From: an uncultured Chloroflexia bacterium
Lineage (GTDB): Bacteria > Chloroflexota > Limnocylindria > Limnocylindrales > CSP1-4
Assembly (NCBI GenBank): GCA_963814115.1
Contig: CAWFBS010000008.1
Location: forward strand, 520,160-584,159
Length of the DNA stretch: 64,000 nt
Reading direction: 5' to 3'
Position numbers and translations under genes: made by a program. This document shows, one piece after another, positions 39,606-50,946 of this stretch; the stretch's first letter is position 1; every line of letters begins with the position of its first letter. The notes beneath the pieces are model-generated. The model had not been told where the DNA came from. It was given only the letters and a program-made list of their open reading frames with translations, and ran no database searches.

Positions 39606-40001
39606 ATGGCCGATCGGAAGCGCGCACCCAAGCAGCGCCGGCGGGAGCGCAAGAACGTGCCCGTCGGGCACGTGCACATCCAGGCGACCTTCAACAACAC
39701 GATCGTCACGATCACGGACCTCGGCGGTGCGGTGGTCAGCTGGGGATCGGCCGGGGTCGTCGGGTTCAAGGGCTCCCGGAAGAGCACGCCGTACGCCGCC
39801 GCGCTGTCCGCCGAGTCCGCCGCCAAGAAGGCGATGGAGCACGGGATGCGCCAGGTCGAGGTCTACGTGAAGGGCCCCGGCGCGGGTCGTGAGCAGGCGA
39901 TCCGCTCGCTCCAGACCGCCGGCCTCGAGGTGACCGCGATCACCGACGTGACGCCCATCCCGCACAACGGCTGCCGTCCGCCCAAGCGGCGCCGCGTGTA
40001 G
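39606..40001 (+). CDS. rpsK: 30S ribosomal protein S11
   Basis: [22 protein letters not shown]. Confidence 0.98.
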   Translation: MADRKRAPKQRRRERKNVPVGHVHIQATFNNTIVTITDLGGAVVSWGSAGVVGFKGSRKSTPYAAALSAESAAKKAMEHGMRQVEVYVKGPGAGREQAIRSLQTAGLEVTAITDVTPIPHNGCRPPKRRRV

Positions 40002-40015
40002 CCGGGAGAAGCATC

Positions 40016-40642
40016 ATGGCTCGATACACCGGTCCGGTCTGCCGGCTCTGCCGCCGCGAAGGCGCCAAGCTCTTTCTCAAGGGTTCGCGCTGCTACACGA
40101 AGAAGTGCTCGTTCGAGCGGCGCCCCTCGCCTCCCGGCCAGCACGGCGTACGCCGCCGCAAGGTTGGCGACTACGGCCTCCAGCTGCGCGAGAAGCAGAA
40201 GGTTCGCCGCATCTACCGCGTCCTGGAGCGCCAGTTTCACAACTACTTCGAGGATGCCGAGTCCCGCCCCGGCGTGACCGGCGAGAACCTGCTCCGCATC
40301 CTCGAGCTCCGGCTCGACAACGTCGTGTTCCGGCTCGGAATCGCGGCGTCCCGCGACCACGCGCGCCAGCTCGTGGCCCACGGCCACTTCGCGGTCAACG
40401 GCCGCCCCACGAACGTCCCCTCCTTCCACTGCAAGCCGGGCGACCGGGTCGAGGTGCGTCCTTCGCGTCGCGAGCGCGAGCCGTTCAAGGCGGTCAGCGA
40501 GGCGCTCCGTTCGGGGCAGGTCCCCGAGTGGCTGTCCCTGGACCCGGCCACCTTCACGGGCACGATCGTGAGTGCCCCGCGCCGCGACCAGATGCCGCTC
40601 GAGCTCAACGAGCAGCTCGTGGTCGAGTATTACTCGAGGTAG
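40016..40642 (+). CDS. rpsD: 30S ribosomal protein S4
   Basis: CRLCRREG...C, LELRLDN, VEYYSR. Confidence 0.98.
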   Translation: MARYTGPVCRLCRREGAKLFLKGSRCYTKKCSFERRPSPPGQHGVRRRKVGDYGLQLREKQKVRRIYRVLERQFHNYFEDAESRPGVTGENLLRILELRLDNVVFRLGIAASRDHARQLVAHGHFAVNGRPTNVPSFHCKPGDRVEVRPSRREREPFKAVSEALRSGQVPEWLSLDPATFTGTIVSAPRRDQMPLELNEQLVVEYYSR

Positions 40643-40652
40643 CCCCGCCCCT

Positions 40653-41654
40653 ATGATCGAACTCGACGCCACGACACAGATCGAACCTGTCGCCGAACAG
40701 GGCTCGTACGCGAAGTACGAGGCCAGCCCGCTGCCTGCCGGCTACGGGGTGACCCTCGGGAATGCGCTGCGCCGCGTTCTTCTCTCCTCCCTCGAAGGCG
40801 CCGCCGTCACCTCCATCCAGATCCGGGACGTCTTCCATGAGTTCACGACGATCCCCGGGGTCAAGGAGGACGTGACCCAGATCGTCCTCAACGTGAAGAA
40901 GCTGCGCCTTCGCAGCTTCGCGGCCCACCCGGTCCAGCTCAAGCTGGTCAAGTCGGGAGCGGGCCGGGTCACCGCGGCGGACATCGTCGAGTCGGCCGAT
41001 GTCGAGGTCATCAACCCCGAGCTCGTGCTCATGACGCTCGACAGCGACGACGTGACGATCGAGCTCGACCTCACCGTCGAGCGGGGCGTCGGCTACCTGG
41101 CCGCCGAACGCCCCGAAGGCCTGCCGATCGGCGTCATCCCCGTCGATGCGATCTTCACGCCGGTGCGGAAGGTCAACTACACGGTCGAGAACACCCGCGT
41201 GGGCCAGATGACCAACTACGACAAGCTGACCCTCGAGATCGAGACGGACGGGACCATCAGCCCGGAGGATGCGCTCGCCAAGTCCGCCGAGATTCTCGTC
41301 CACCAGTTCTCGCTGTTTGCCAATGTCGGCACCGCGGCGATCGCGGCCAGCCCAGCGAGCGGGGTCCCCCAGATCCCGGCGAACATGCTCGAGATGCCGA
41401 TCGAGGAGCTCGACCTCCCGATGCGGGCCTACAACTCGCTCAAGCGCAACAACATCGTGAAGGTGGGGCAGCTGCTTCAGCTCACCGACGACGACCTGCT
41501 CCGCATGCGCAACTTCGGCAAGAAATCGCTCGACGAGATGAAGGAGCGGCTCCGAATGCGGGGCTTCCTCGTCCCGGAGACGGACTCGTCGGAGCTCGGC
41601 GAGGTCGAGGACGACGGCGACGAGCCGTTCACCGACGAGTCGGAGGAGGTCTGA
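40653..41654 (+). CDS. rpoA: RNA polymerase alpha subunit
   Basis: ATG 40653; GYGVTLGNALRRVLLSS, NFGKKSLDE. Confidence 0.98.
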   Translation: MIELDATTQIEPVAEQGSYAKYEASPLPAGYGVTLGNALRRVLLSSLEGAAVTSIQIRDVFHEFTTIPGVKEDVTQIVLNVKKLRLRSFAAHPVQLKLVKSGAGRVTAADIVESADVEVINPELVLMTLDSDDVTIELDLTVERGVGYLAAERPEGLPIGVIPVDAIFTPVRKVNYTVENTRVGQMTNYDKLTLEIETDGTISPEDALAKSAEILVHQFSLFANVGTAAIAASPASGVPQIPANMLEMPIEELDLPMRAYNSLKRNNIVKVGQLLQLTDDDLLRMRNFGKKSLDEMKERLRMRGFLVPETDSSELGEVEDDGDEPFTDESEEV

Positions 41655-41657
41655 GCC

Positions 41658-42011
41658 ATGCGCCACCAGATCGGCGGCCGGAAGCTCGGCCGCATGCAGG
41701 GGCCGAGGCTCGCGCTCTACCGGAACCTGATCGTGTCGGTCTTCCGCTACGAGAAGGTTATGACGACCGAGGCGAAAGCCAAGGAGATCCGACCCCAGGT
41801 GGAGCGGATGATCACGCTTGCCAAGCGGGGCGACCTTGCCGCGCGGCGAACCGTCGTCGCCGAGCTCCCCGACGAGCCCCTTGTCATCAAGAAGCTGTTC
41901 GATGAGATCGCCCCGAAGTACACCGAGCGGACGTCCGGGTACACCCGGATCACCCATCTCGGTAACCGGAACGGGGACAGAGCCCCGATCGTCCAGATCG
42001 AGCTCCTCTGA
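41658..42011 (+). CDS. rplQ: 50S ribosomal protein L17
   Basis: MRH...RKLGR, TTEAKAKE, GYTRI. Confidence 0.98.
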   Translation: MRHQIGGRKLGRMQGPRLALYRNLIVSVFRYEKVMTTEAKAKEIRPQVERMITLAKRGDLAARRTVVAELPDEPLVIKKLFDEIAPKYTERTSGYTRITHLGNRNGDRAPIVQIELL

Positions 42012-42016
42012 TCGGA

Positions 42017-42145
42017 GACAATCAAGTGTCGCCGCTCCGCCGGATGCAGCGCAAGGCGGCGCGGAGCACGTGAGCGAGCGCACTCAAGGTGCGTGAGCGA
42101 GCGGACGGACGTGCCAACGCAGCAAGGCGTCGGCGCAGTGGCGAC
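42017..42145. repeat. Structured intergenic element with nested inverted repeats and internal direct repeats (REP/MITE-like?)
   Basis: CGTGAGCGAGCG at 42069 and 42092; GCTCCGC/GCGGAGC, GCACGT/ACGTGC and GTCGCC/GGCGAC stems; two TCAAG-loop hairpins. Confidence 0.5.
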
Positions 42146-42178
42146 GAGCAAGGAGCCCGAGAGGGCGCCCTCGTGCGG

Positions 42179-42928
42179 ATGCGCGCACGGGTCGAATATG
42201 ACGGCACGGACTTCGCCGGATTCCAGCTCCAGCTGCGAGCCCGGACAGTCCAGGGAGAACTCGAAGCCGCGCTCGGCACCCTCTCCGGCGGTCGCCGGGT
42301 CCGGGTCGACGCGGCGGGACGCACCGACGCCGGGGTGCACGCGACGGGCCAGGTGATCGCATTCAGCTGGCCCGGGCGGCTCTCGGTGAAGGAGCTCGGC
42401 AGGGCGCTCGACGCGCTGCTGCCGGCGGATGTCGCAGTTCGCGGCCTGCGCCGGGCCCCGCTCGGGTTTCGTCCTCGCTACGCGGCGCGGTACAGGGAAT
42501 ACCGCTACACCGTCTGGAACGGGCCGCGAAGCCCGCTCCGCGAGCGGTTCGCGCTCGGGGTGCGGGACCCGCTCGACACCGCCGCGATGACGCGGGCCGG
42601 GTCGGTCCTCGTGGGCCGGCACGACTTCTCGGCATTCGGGGCGGCGGACCGCCAGCCGGTCCGGACCCTTCACGGGGTCTGGGTGCGGCGGGAGGGCAGG
42701 CTCGTGACGGTGGACGTTCGCGGGGACGCCTTCCTGCGGCAGATGGTGCGGCGGATCGTCGCGGCCCTCCTGCTGGTGGGCCGCGCAGAGGTCGAGGTAT
42801 CGACGGTGGCCGTGGCGCTCGCGTCGCGGCAGCCGGCCTTCAACGGGGCAGCTGCCCCGGCGAAGGGGCTGTGCCTGCGGCGGGTCGTAATGGGACGGGT
42901 CGCCAGGGAGATGAACGGAGACACATGA
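42179..42928 (+). CDS. truA: tRNA pseudouridine(38-40) synthase TruA
   Basis: YDGTDFAGFQ, AGRTDAGVHA, HDFSAF, AFLRQMVR; start 42173 or 42179. Confidence 0.96.
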   Translation: MRARVEYDGTDFAGFQLQLRARTVQGELEAALGTLSGGRRVRVDAAGRTDAGVHATGQVIAFSWPGRLSVKELGRALDALLPADVAVRGLRRAPLGFRPRYAARYREYRYTVWNGPRSPLRERFALGVRDPLDTAAMTRAGSVLVGRHDFSAFGAADRQPVRTLHGVWVRREGRLVTVDVRGDAFLRQMVRRIVAALLLVGRAEVEVSTVAVALASRQPAFNGAAAPAKGLCLRRVVMGRVAREMNGDT

Positions 42929-43356
42929 CCGCGAAGACGTACACGCTCCGGGAGGCGGAGATCGAGCGACGCTGGTACGTCGTCGACGCGACGGACGAGA
43001 CGCTCGGCCGGCTCGCGTCGCGGATCGCCCGCGTCCTCGTGGGCAAGCACAAGCCGACCTACACGCCCAACCTGGACGGCGGCGATCACGTGATCGTGCT
43101 CAACGCCGGCAAGGTCGCCGTCAGCCGCGACAAGCTGGATGCCAAGATCTACGCCCGCCACAGCGGCTACCCCCAGGGATACAAGGAGGAGACGCTTGGG
43201 CACCTGCTCGGGCGTCGCCCCGAGGAGGCCGTGCGTCGGGCCGTGAAGGGGATGGTTCCCCACACCCGGCTCGGCGCCCAGCAACTCCGCAAGCTCAAGA
43301 TCTACGCCGGCCCGGATCACCCGCACCAGGCGCAGCGGCCGGAACCGCTGGGCTGA
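42925..43356 (+). CDS. rplM: 50S ribosomal protein L13
   Basis: [22 protein letters not shown]; ATGA overlap with truA. Confidence 0.97.
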   Translation: MTAKTYTLREAEIERRWYVVDATDETLGRLASRIARVLVGKHKPTYTPNLDGGDHVIVLNAGKVAVSRDKLDAKIYARHSGYPQGYKEETLGHLLGRRPEEAVRRAVKGMVPHTRLGAQQLRKLKIYAGPDHPHQAQRPEPLG

Positions 43357-43369
43357 CGAGGAGCACCCC

Positions 43370-43768
43370 ATGACCACCCCGTCCTTCTTCCACGGGACCG
43401 GCCGACGCAAGACTGCCATCGCCCGTGTTCGCCTCATCCCCGGCGAGGGCGAGATCGTCGTGAACGGCCGGTCGCTCGACCAGCATTTCGGCAACGCGAT
43501 CCCGGAGGGCGACCTGCGCATGCCGTTCCGCGTGACCGGCACCGAGGGCCGGTTCAATGCCCTGATCAAGGTCGAGGGCGGCGGCGTGACGGGCCAGGCG
43601 GGCGCGATCCGCCACGGGATTGCGCGGGCCCTCCTGATGGTGGACCCGGAAAGCAACCGCGTCCCACTTCGCCAGGCGGGTTTCCTCACCCGCGATCCGC
43701 GCATGAAGGAGCGCAAGAAGTACGGCCTGAAGCGAGCCCGCAAGGCGCCGCAGTACACGAAGCGCTGA
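43370..43768 (+). CDS. rpsI: 30S ribosomal protein S9
   Basis: [31 protein letters not shown]. Confidence 0.98.
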   Translation: MTTPSFFHGTGRRKTAIARVRLIPGEGEIVVNGRSLDQHFGNAIPEGDLRMPFRVTGTEGRFNALIKVEGGGVTGQAGAIRHGIARALLMVDPESNRVPLRQAGFLTRDPRMKERKKYGLKRARKAPQYTKR

Positions 43769-43823
43769 AGCCGGTGGCGCCCCACCGGGCGCCAGGCTTG
43801 CCTCGAGGAGTTCGCCGCGAGCG

Positions 43824-44801
43824 ATGAGCGACTCCCTCTTCGATCGCTACCGGGAGGTCTTGCGGGCCGGGCACGTGGCCGTCCTGCGTGGCAGGCTGGA
43901 GGACGCAGCAGCGGCGTACCGCGAGGCGGCGACGCTCGCCGGCGATCGGGCCGTGCCTCGCGCGGCCCTGGGCTCCGTCCAGCTCCGGCTGGGCCAGCCC
44001 GAGCAGGCGCTTGCCGCGTTTGACGAGGCACTGGGACTCGCCCCCACCGACGATGCCGCGCTGCTGGGCCGCGCCCAGGCGTTGGTCGTGCTGGAGCGGC
44101 CTCACGATGCCGCGGCGACCTTCGATGCCTTGGCCGAGGCGCGCTGGGCGGCCGGCAAGCACGCCGATGCGGGTGACGCGCTTCGGCGTGCCTTGGAGAT
44201 CCAGCCGACGGCGGCGCGCCGCCAGCGCTACCAGGAGCTTGCCGACGAGCTCCGCCAGGCGGTCGGTGCGGCGGAGGCGGAACGAGCCCTGGCCCGGGCG
44301 CGGCGCTACTTGGAGACGGAGGCCGCCCCGACCGAGCCGCCGCCAGGGGAAACGGATCCTTCCGCGGAGCCGGCCGGGACCGAGCCGGCCGGGACCGAGC
44401 CGGCCGGGACCGAGCCGGCCGAGCCTCCGGCGGCGCTGCCGGACCCCGCCGAACACGGCGAGGCGCTCCTGCTGGCCTCCGAGGAGGCTGCCACCCGCGG
44501 TGATGCCCCCGGTGCCGTCGCGGCAGCGATCTCCGCCGCGCACGCCTTCCGGGAGGCGAACCATTCGATTGCGGCGCTGGACGCGTGTACGCGCGGCCTG
44601 TCTTCGGGTCCCGACGACGTCGGCCTTCACCTGCTCATCGCCGAGCTGGCGTTGGAGCGCGGCGCAATCGGACCAGCCGGGGACACCTACCGCGACCTTC
44701 TCCGGCTCGTCGAGATCGATGGCGACCCGGCGGCCCGCGAGCGCGTCGTCGTCGCTGCGAGGGCGGCGTTCCCGGACGATCCCCGGTTCGCGGCAGGCTG
44801 A
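43824..44801 (+). CDS. Tetratricopeptide-repeat (TPR-like) helical protein of unknown function
   Basis: Repeated A-x-x-x-Y/F-x-x-A-L-x-x-x-P helical pattern; SD GAGGAG upstream; low-complexity linker. Confidence 0.75.
   Translation: MSDSLFDRYREVLRAGHVAVLRGRLEDAAAAYREAATLAGDRAVPRAALGSVQLRLGQPEQALAAFDEALGLAPTDDAALLGRAQALVVLERPHDAAATFDALAEARWAAGKHADAGDALRRALEIQPTAARRQRYQELADELRQAVGAAEAERALARARRYLETEAAPTEPPPGETDPSAEPAGTEPAGTEPAGTEPAEPPAALPDPAEHGEALLLASEEAATRGDAPGAVAAAISAAHAFREANHSIAALDACTRGLSSGPDDVGLHLLIAELALERGAIGPAGDTYRDLLRLVEIDGDPAARERVVVAARAAFPDDPRFAAG
44367..44420 (+). repeat. In-frame 15-bp tandem repeat (GAGCCGGCCGGGACC x3.6; EPAGT)
   Basis: Three exact units plus a 9-bp partial unit. 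Confidence 0.95.
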
Positions 44802-44924
44802 GGTCGCCGCACAGCTCGCCGGTCTGACCGCCGCGGGCACCGTTGACGGCACCCGGCTCTGCCCGGCGGCACTGGAGCGCGGTTCCCGAGGGGGAGCCTG
44901 ATCAGTGGAGGGCGCCGGGCCCGG

Positions 44925-44933
44925 TGCTACACT
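44925..44933 (+). promoter_or_regulatory. Extended -10 (TG-c-TACACT) 9 nt upstream of cdaA start
   Basis: TAnnnT with TGn; too close to the start to leave room for an SD in the transcript. Confidence 0.55.
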
Positions 44934-44942
44934 CACGGGACG

Positions 44943-45917
44943 ATGTCGCAGCTCCTCGAGTCGCTGCTCGGACAGGTCCGACCGATCACGCTCGCGGACA
45001 TCGGGATCACCGCGCTCGTGATCTACTGGCTGTTCAGCCTGATCCGGGGCACGAGCGCGGTCCGTCTCGTGGTCGGCGTGAGCGTCATCCTGGCGATCTA
45101 TGCGGCGGCGCAGGCCGTCGGCCTGCGCCTGTTCACGCAGCTTCTCCAGGCCGGTGCCGTGGTTGGCGCCTTCGCGCTCGTGGTCGTCTTTCAGCCTGAG
45201 CTGCGGCGAGGGCTCGATCGGATCGGGCGGGTCGGCTCGTTCACCTGGCTCACGTCGCCCGCCGAGCAGCGAGCCGCCGACCAGGTGGCCGTGGCCGTGG
45301 CGGGTGCGGCGACCCACCTGGCCGGCTCTGGGTTCGGCGCGCTTATCGTCATCGAGCGGGAGACCGGCCTGGAAGAGATCGCCGAGACCGGCGTGATGGT
45401 CCACGGCGACGTCTCGGCCGACCTCCTGGAGGCGATCTTCACGCCACGCGGGGCGCTCCACGACGGCGCCGTGATCATTCGGGGCGCGTCCGTCCTCGCC
45501 GCGGGCGCGGTGCTCCCGCTCTCCGAGACCACGCTCGGCGCGGAGCGCTTCGGGACGCGGCACCGGGCGGCCCTCGGGATCACCGAGCAGACGGACGCCC
45601 TGGTCATCGTCGTCTCGGAGGAGACCGGCCAGGCAAGCATCGTGGAGCGAGCGCGGATCCGCCGCAACCTCGACGAGCCTGAGCTGGTGCGCGCGATTGT
45701 CGCGGCCATGGTCCCAGAGCGCGCCGCGGGCTCGGCCATCCTTGGGCTCATCCCGTCGCGCCCCGGCGGCGGATCGATCACGCTCGGTTCCGGGCCCCTG
45801 CGCCGGGCTGCGCTGGGTGATCGCAGCCGCGCGGTGCGCCCGGGGAGCGTGCCCCCACCCGTCGTCGCTGAGCCGCGCGAGGACACCGACCAGGCGCCCG
45901 CGGGGGCGGGCCGCTGA
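44943..45917 (+). CDS. cdaA: Diadenylate cyclase CdaA/DacA
   Basis: Three N-terminal TM helices, VVFQPELRRGL, LHDGAVII, GTRHRAALG (DGA and RHR intact). Confidence 0.95.
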   Translation: MSQLLESLLGQVRPITLADIGITALVIYWLFSLIRGTSAVRLVVGVSVILAIYAAAQAVGLRLFTQLLQAGAVVGAFALVVVFQPELRRGLDRIGRVGSFTWLTSPAEQRAADQVAVAVAGAATHLAGSGFGALIVIERETGLEEIAETGVMVHGDVSADLLEAIFTPRGALHDGAVIIRGASVLAAGAVLPLSETTLGAERFGTRHRAALGITEQTDALVIVVSEETGQASIVERARIRRNLDEPELVRAIVAAMVPERAAGSAILGLIPSRPGGGSITLGSGPLRRAALGDRSRAVRPGSVPPPVVAEPREDTDQAPAGAGR

Positions 45918-45922
45918 GCGCC

Positions 45923-47182
45923 GTGCGTCGCGCCGTCGGGTTCGTCTTCCGCAACTGGCCGCTCAAGCTCGCGGCGATCCTTCTCGCCACACTCCTCTAC
46001 GCGGGTCTGATCGTCTCGGCCAGCTCCGAGACGTTCTCCGGCGTGGTTCCCGTCCAGGTGCTGAACCAGCCCAGCAACGCCTTCATCATCGGCAACCTCG
46101 ACGACGTCACCTCGATCCGGTACCTCGCCATCGGGACGAACCGACCGGCCGTCACGACCGCCAGCTTCAGCGCGACGATCGACCTTGCCGGGGTGGTTCC
46201 GACCGCCGGATCGCCACCCGTGAGCGTGCCCGTCACCGTCCGGGCGACAGATCCCAGCAACATCCAGGTCATCGACTTCAGCCCATCGCGGATCCAGGTC
46301 CGGCTCGATCCCCTCGTCAGCAAGACCGTTCCCGTGCAGGTCGACCACGGGACCGTTCCAGCCGGACTGGACGTGCGTGAGCCGGTCGTGTCCCAGGATT
46401 CGGTCACGGTGACCGGTCCCGAATCTTCGGTCGTGCTCGTTGCCTCGGCCCAGGCCCGCGTCCAGATCCAGCCATCCGGGATCGACATCAACCAGGCCGT
46501 GGACCTGATCGCGGTGGATGCGCGCGGCGACGTGGTCCCGACGGTCGAGCTGAAGCCGAGCTCCGTCCGGGTCACGATCCAGATCGGGAGCCAGCTGTCC
46601 ACGCGCGCACTGCCGGTCAACCCGGTGGTGACCGGCAGGGCGGATCCCTCGGCGGTCGTCACCGGCGTCGAGGCCGCGCCGCTGCTCGTGACGGTTGAGG
46701 GCGGGTCGGCGTTGCTTGCACCACTCGTGAACATCGACACGAAACCGGTCTCGATCGCCGGCGCGACCGCCGATGTCGTCGCCGACGTCGGGCTCGACCT
46801 CCCTCCCGGTGTCTCGGCTCTGGGGGTCACCACGGTGCGGGTGACCGTCTCGATCCGCCCGCAGCTCGGCACGCGGTCATTCCAGGTGGGCATCGCGCTG
46901 GTCAACGCCGACCCGGCGACCCGCTACGATCTTGGCAGCGGGCAGATCATCGTCACGTTGGGCGGCCCGCTCGCCGCGCTCAACGTCCTGGATGGGTCCA
47001 CGCTCCTTGCCAACGTGGACGTCGCCGGTCTCCTCGCGGGCACGCACGTGGTCTTCCCGGAGGTCACGCCTCCCGCGGGATTGACGGTGGAGGGGCTGTC
47101 ACCCCCGGAGATCACCCTCACCGTGACCCCGTCCGGTTCAGAAGCCTCGCCCCCGGTGACGGCTCCACCCGCGGTGCCCTGA
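45923..47182 (+). CDS. cdaR: CdaR/YbbR-like regulator
   Basis: N-terminal anchor NWPLKLAAILLA followed by beta-rich YbbR-like repeats; lies between cdaA and glmM. Confidence 0.88.
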   Translation: MRRAVGFVFRNWPLKLAAILLATLLYAGLIVSASSETFSGVVPVQVLNQPSNAFIIGNLDDVTSIRYLAIGTNRPAVTTASFSATIDLAGVVPTAGSPPVSVPVTVRATDPSNIQVIDFSPSRIQVRLDPLVSKTVPVQVDHGTVPAGLDVREPVVSQDSVTVTGPESSVVLVASAQARVQIQPSGIDINQAVDLIAVDARGDVVPTVELKPSSVRVTIQIGSQLSTRALPVNPVVTGRADPSAVVTGVEAAPLLVTVEGGSALLAPLVNIDTKPVSIAGATADVVADVGLDLPPGVSALGVTTVRVTVSIRPQLGTRSFQVGIALVNADPATRYDLGSGQIIVTLGGPLAALNVLDGSTLLANVDVAGLLAGTHVVFPEVTPPAGLTVEGLSPPEITLTVTPSGSEASPPVTAPPAVP

Positions 47183-47184
47183 CG

Positions 47185-48516
47185 ATGGGCCGGCTCTTCG
47201 GGACGGACGGGATTCGCGGCGTCGCCAACGTGGACCTGCGACCCACGGTCGCCTACGCGCTGGGGAGGGCGGCCGCCCATGAGCTCGTCAGCCCCGGGGG
47301 AAGCCTGGTCGTGGGCCGGGACACCCGCCGCTCGGGCCAGATGTTCGCGGCGGCCATCGCGGCGGGCGCGGCCAGCCTGGGAGCGGACGTGCACGACGCG
47401 GGCGTTCTCCCCACGCCGGCGCTCGCCTACCTGGCCGGGACGGAGTCGTTCTCGGCCGGGATCATGGTGTCCGCCTCCCATAACCCGGCGGACGACAACG
47501 GACTCAAGGTGCTCGACGGCCGCGGCCTCAAGCTCGACGATGCCGAGGAGGACCGGCTGGAGCAGCTCATCTGGCGGACCGAGGAGCTGGGCGGCCCGCG
47601 GAATGGTGGCATCGGACGGCTGGTCCAGGCGTCCGACCTCGTCGACCGCTACCGGGCTGACCGCCTCCGCCTCGCCACCGCGACCCCCTGCCGCCTGCAT
47701 CTGGTGCTCGACTGCGCCAATGGCTCGGGCGGTGTCACTGCCCCGGAGATCCTCGCCGCGACAGGTGCCCGGGTCGACGTGATCCACAACCAGCCGGACG
47801 GGGAGAACATCAATGTCGCCTGCGGCGCCACTTCGCCCGCTGACCTGGCCAGGGAGGTCATCGCCAGGGGAGCCGATCTCGGGTTCGCGCTCGACGGCGA
47901 CGCGGATCGGCTCGTGGCGGTCGATCGCCAAGGCCGGGTCGTCGACGGCGACCAGCTGCTCGGGTTGTGCGCCCTGGATCGACTGGCCCGTGGGGCGCTC
48001 AACGGTGGCATCCTGGTCGTCACGGTGCTATCGAACGGAGGCCTGGAGGCCGCGCTCGGTGCGGTCGGCGGGCAGGTTGTCCGCACCCCTGTCGGCGACA
48101 AGTACATCCTCGACGGCATGCAGGTGACCGGCGCGAACCTCGGCGGTGAGAAGAGCGGCCACGTCATCATCCTGGACCATGCGACGTCGGGCGACGGCCT
48201 GGTCACCGCCCTGGAGGTTCTCGGCATCGTCGGCCGCATCGGTCGGCCGATCGACGAGCTGGCCGCCCGGATCCCGCTCTTTCCGCAGGAGCAGCGCGCG
48301 ATCCACGTGCGCCACAAGGAACAGTGGGAGGCGGACCCGGAGCTCCGGCGGGCAATCGCCGCCGCAGAGGCCCGATTCCCGATCGGCGGGCGCATCCTCG
48401 TTCGCCCGTCCGGCACGGAGCCGGTCCTGCGTGTCATGGTGGAGGGCCCGGACCCGGAGCTGGTGGCGACGCTCGCCGACGAACTCGCGGCCCTCGCACG
48501 AGACCGCCTAAACTAG
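47185..48516 (+). CDS. glmM: Phosphoglucosamine mutase
   Basis: LFGTDGIRG, SASHNP, DGDADR, GGEKSGH, RPSGTEP. Confidence 0.97.
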   Translation: MGRLFGTDGIRGVANVDLRPTVAYALGRAAAHELVSPGGSLVVGRDTRRSGQMFAAAIAAGAASLGADVHDAGVLPTPALAYLAGTESFSAGIMVSASHNPADDNGLKVLDGRGLKLDDAEEDRLEQLIWRTEELGGPRNGGIGRLVQASDLVDRYRADRLRLATATPCRLHLVLDCANGSGGVTAPEILAATGARVDVIHNQPDGENINVACGATSPADLAREVIARGADLGFALDGDADRLVAVDRQGRVVDGDQLLGLCALDRLARGALNGGILVVTVLSNGGLEAALGAVGGQVVRTPVGDKYILDGMQVTGANLGGEKSGHVIILDHATSGDGLVTALEVLGIVGRIGRPIDELAARIPLFPQEQRAIHVRHKEQWEADPELRRAIAAAEARFPIGGRILVRPSGTEPVLRVMVEGPDPELVATLADELAALARDRLN

Positions 48517-48564
48517 TCCCGCGGCCATCGAGGTCCGGTTGGCGCGACGGAGGCTCTCGACGGC

Positions 48565-50394
<1,830 letters not shown>

Positions 50395-50397
50395 GGG

Positions 50398-50946
50398 ATG
50401 ACCGAGCCGGACGCGCGAGTCCCCGAGGGGACCGCCGAGCTCGGGCTGGACATCATCCGCGTGGAGCGCATCCGCGTGGCCCTGGCGCGCTTCGGCGATC
50501 GCTTCGTCCGGCGCGTGCTCACCACGCGGGAGGCTGCCTACGTGCGCGGGCGACCCGAGACGCTCGCCGGCCGGTGGGCAGCGAAGGAGGCGGTGAGCAA
50601 GGTGCTCGGCCTCGGCGTGCGCGGGATCGGCTGGCTGGACATCGAGATCGAGCGCTTGCCCACCGGTCAGCCGGCGGTCGTCCTCCACGGGCGGGCGGCC
50701 GCCCGGGCCGACCAGCTGGGGCTGGCGCGGATCGCCGTCAGCATCACGCATGAACGCGAGTACGCGCTCGCCATCGCCTTTGGTGTCCGGACCGCCGGTG
50801 GCCGCTACATCTTCCCGGCCGACATCGAGGAGCGGTTGGGGGAGCGCGAGGCGGCCCTGGTCCGCCGGATCGAGCGCATCCGCGGGCTGGGCCGGGAGGC
50901 TGCGTCGCTCGCCGCGACCGTGCGGGAGCCAGATCCCGATGCCTGA
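50398..50946 (+). CDS. acpS: Holo-ACP synthase with about 50-aa C-terminal extension
   Basis: GLDII, AGRWAAKEAVSKVLG, VSITHE. Confidence 0.92.
   Translation: MTEPDARVPEGTAELGLDIIRVERIRVALARFGDRFVRRVLTTREAAYVRGRPETLAGRWAAKEAVSKVLGLGVRGIGWLDIEIERLPTGQPAVVLHGRAAARADQLGLARIAVSITHEREYALAIAFGVRTAGGRYIFPADIEERLGEREAALVRRIERIRGLGREAASLAATVREPDPDA

Noticed and set aside
44367-44420. Short repeats as a possible CRISPR array (also 42069-42103)
   Set aside because: They are tandem with no unique spacers, too short, and there are no cas genes in the window.
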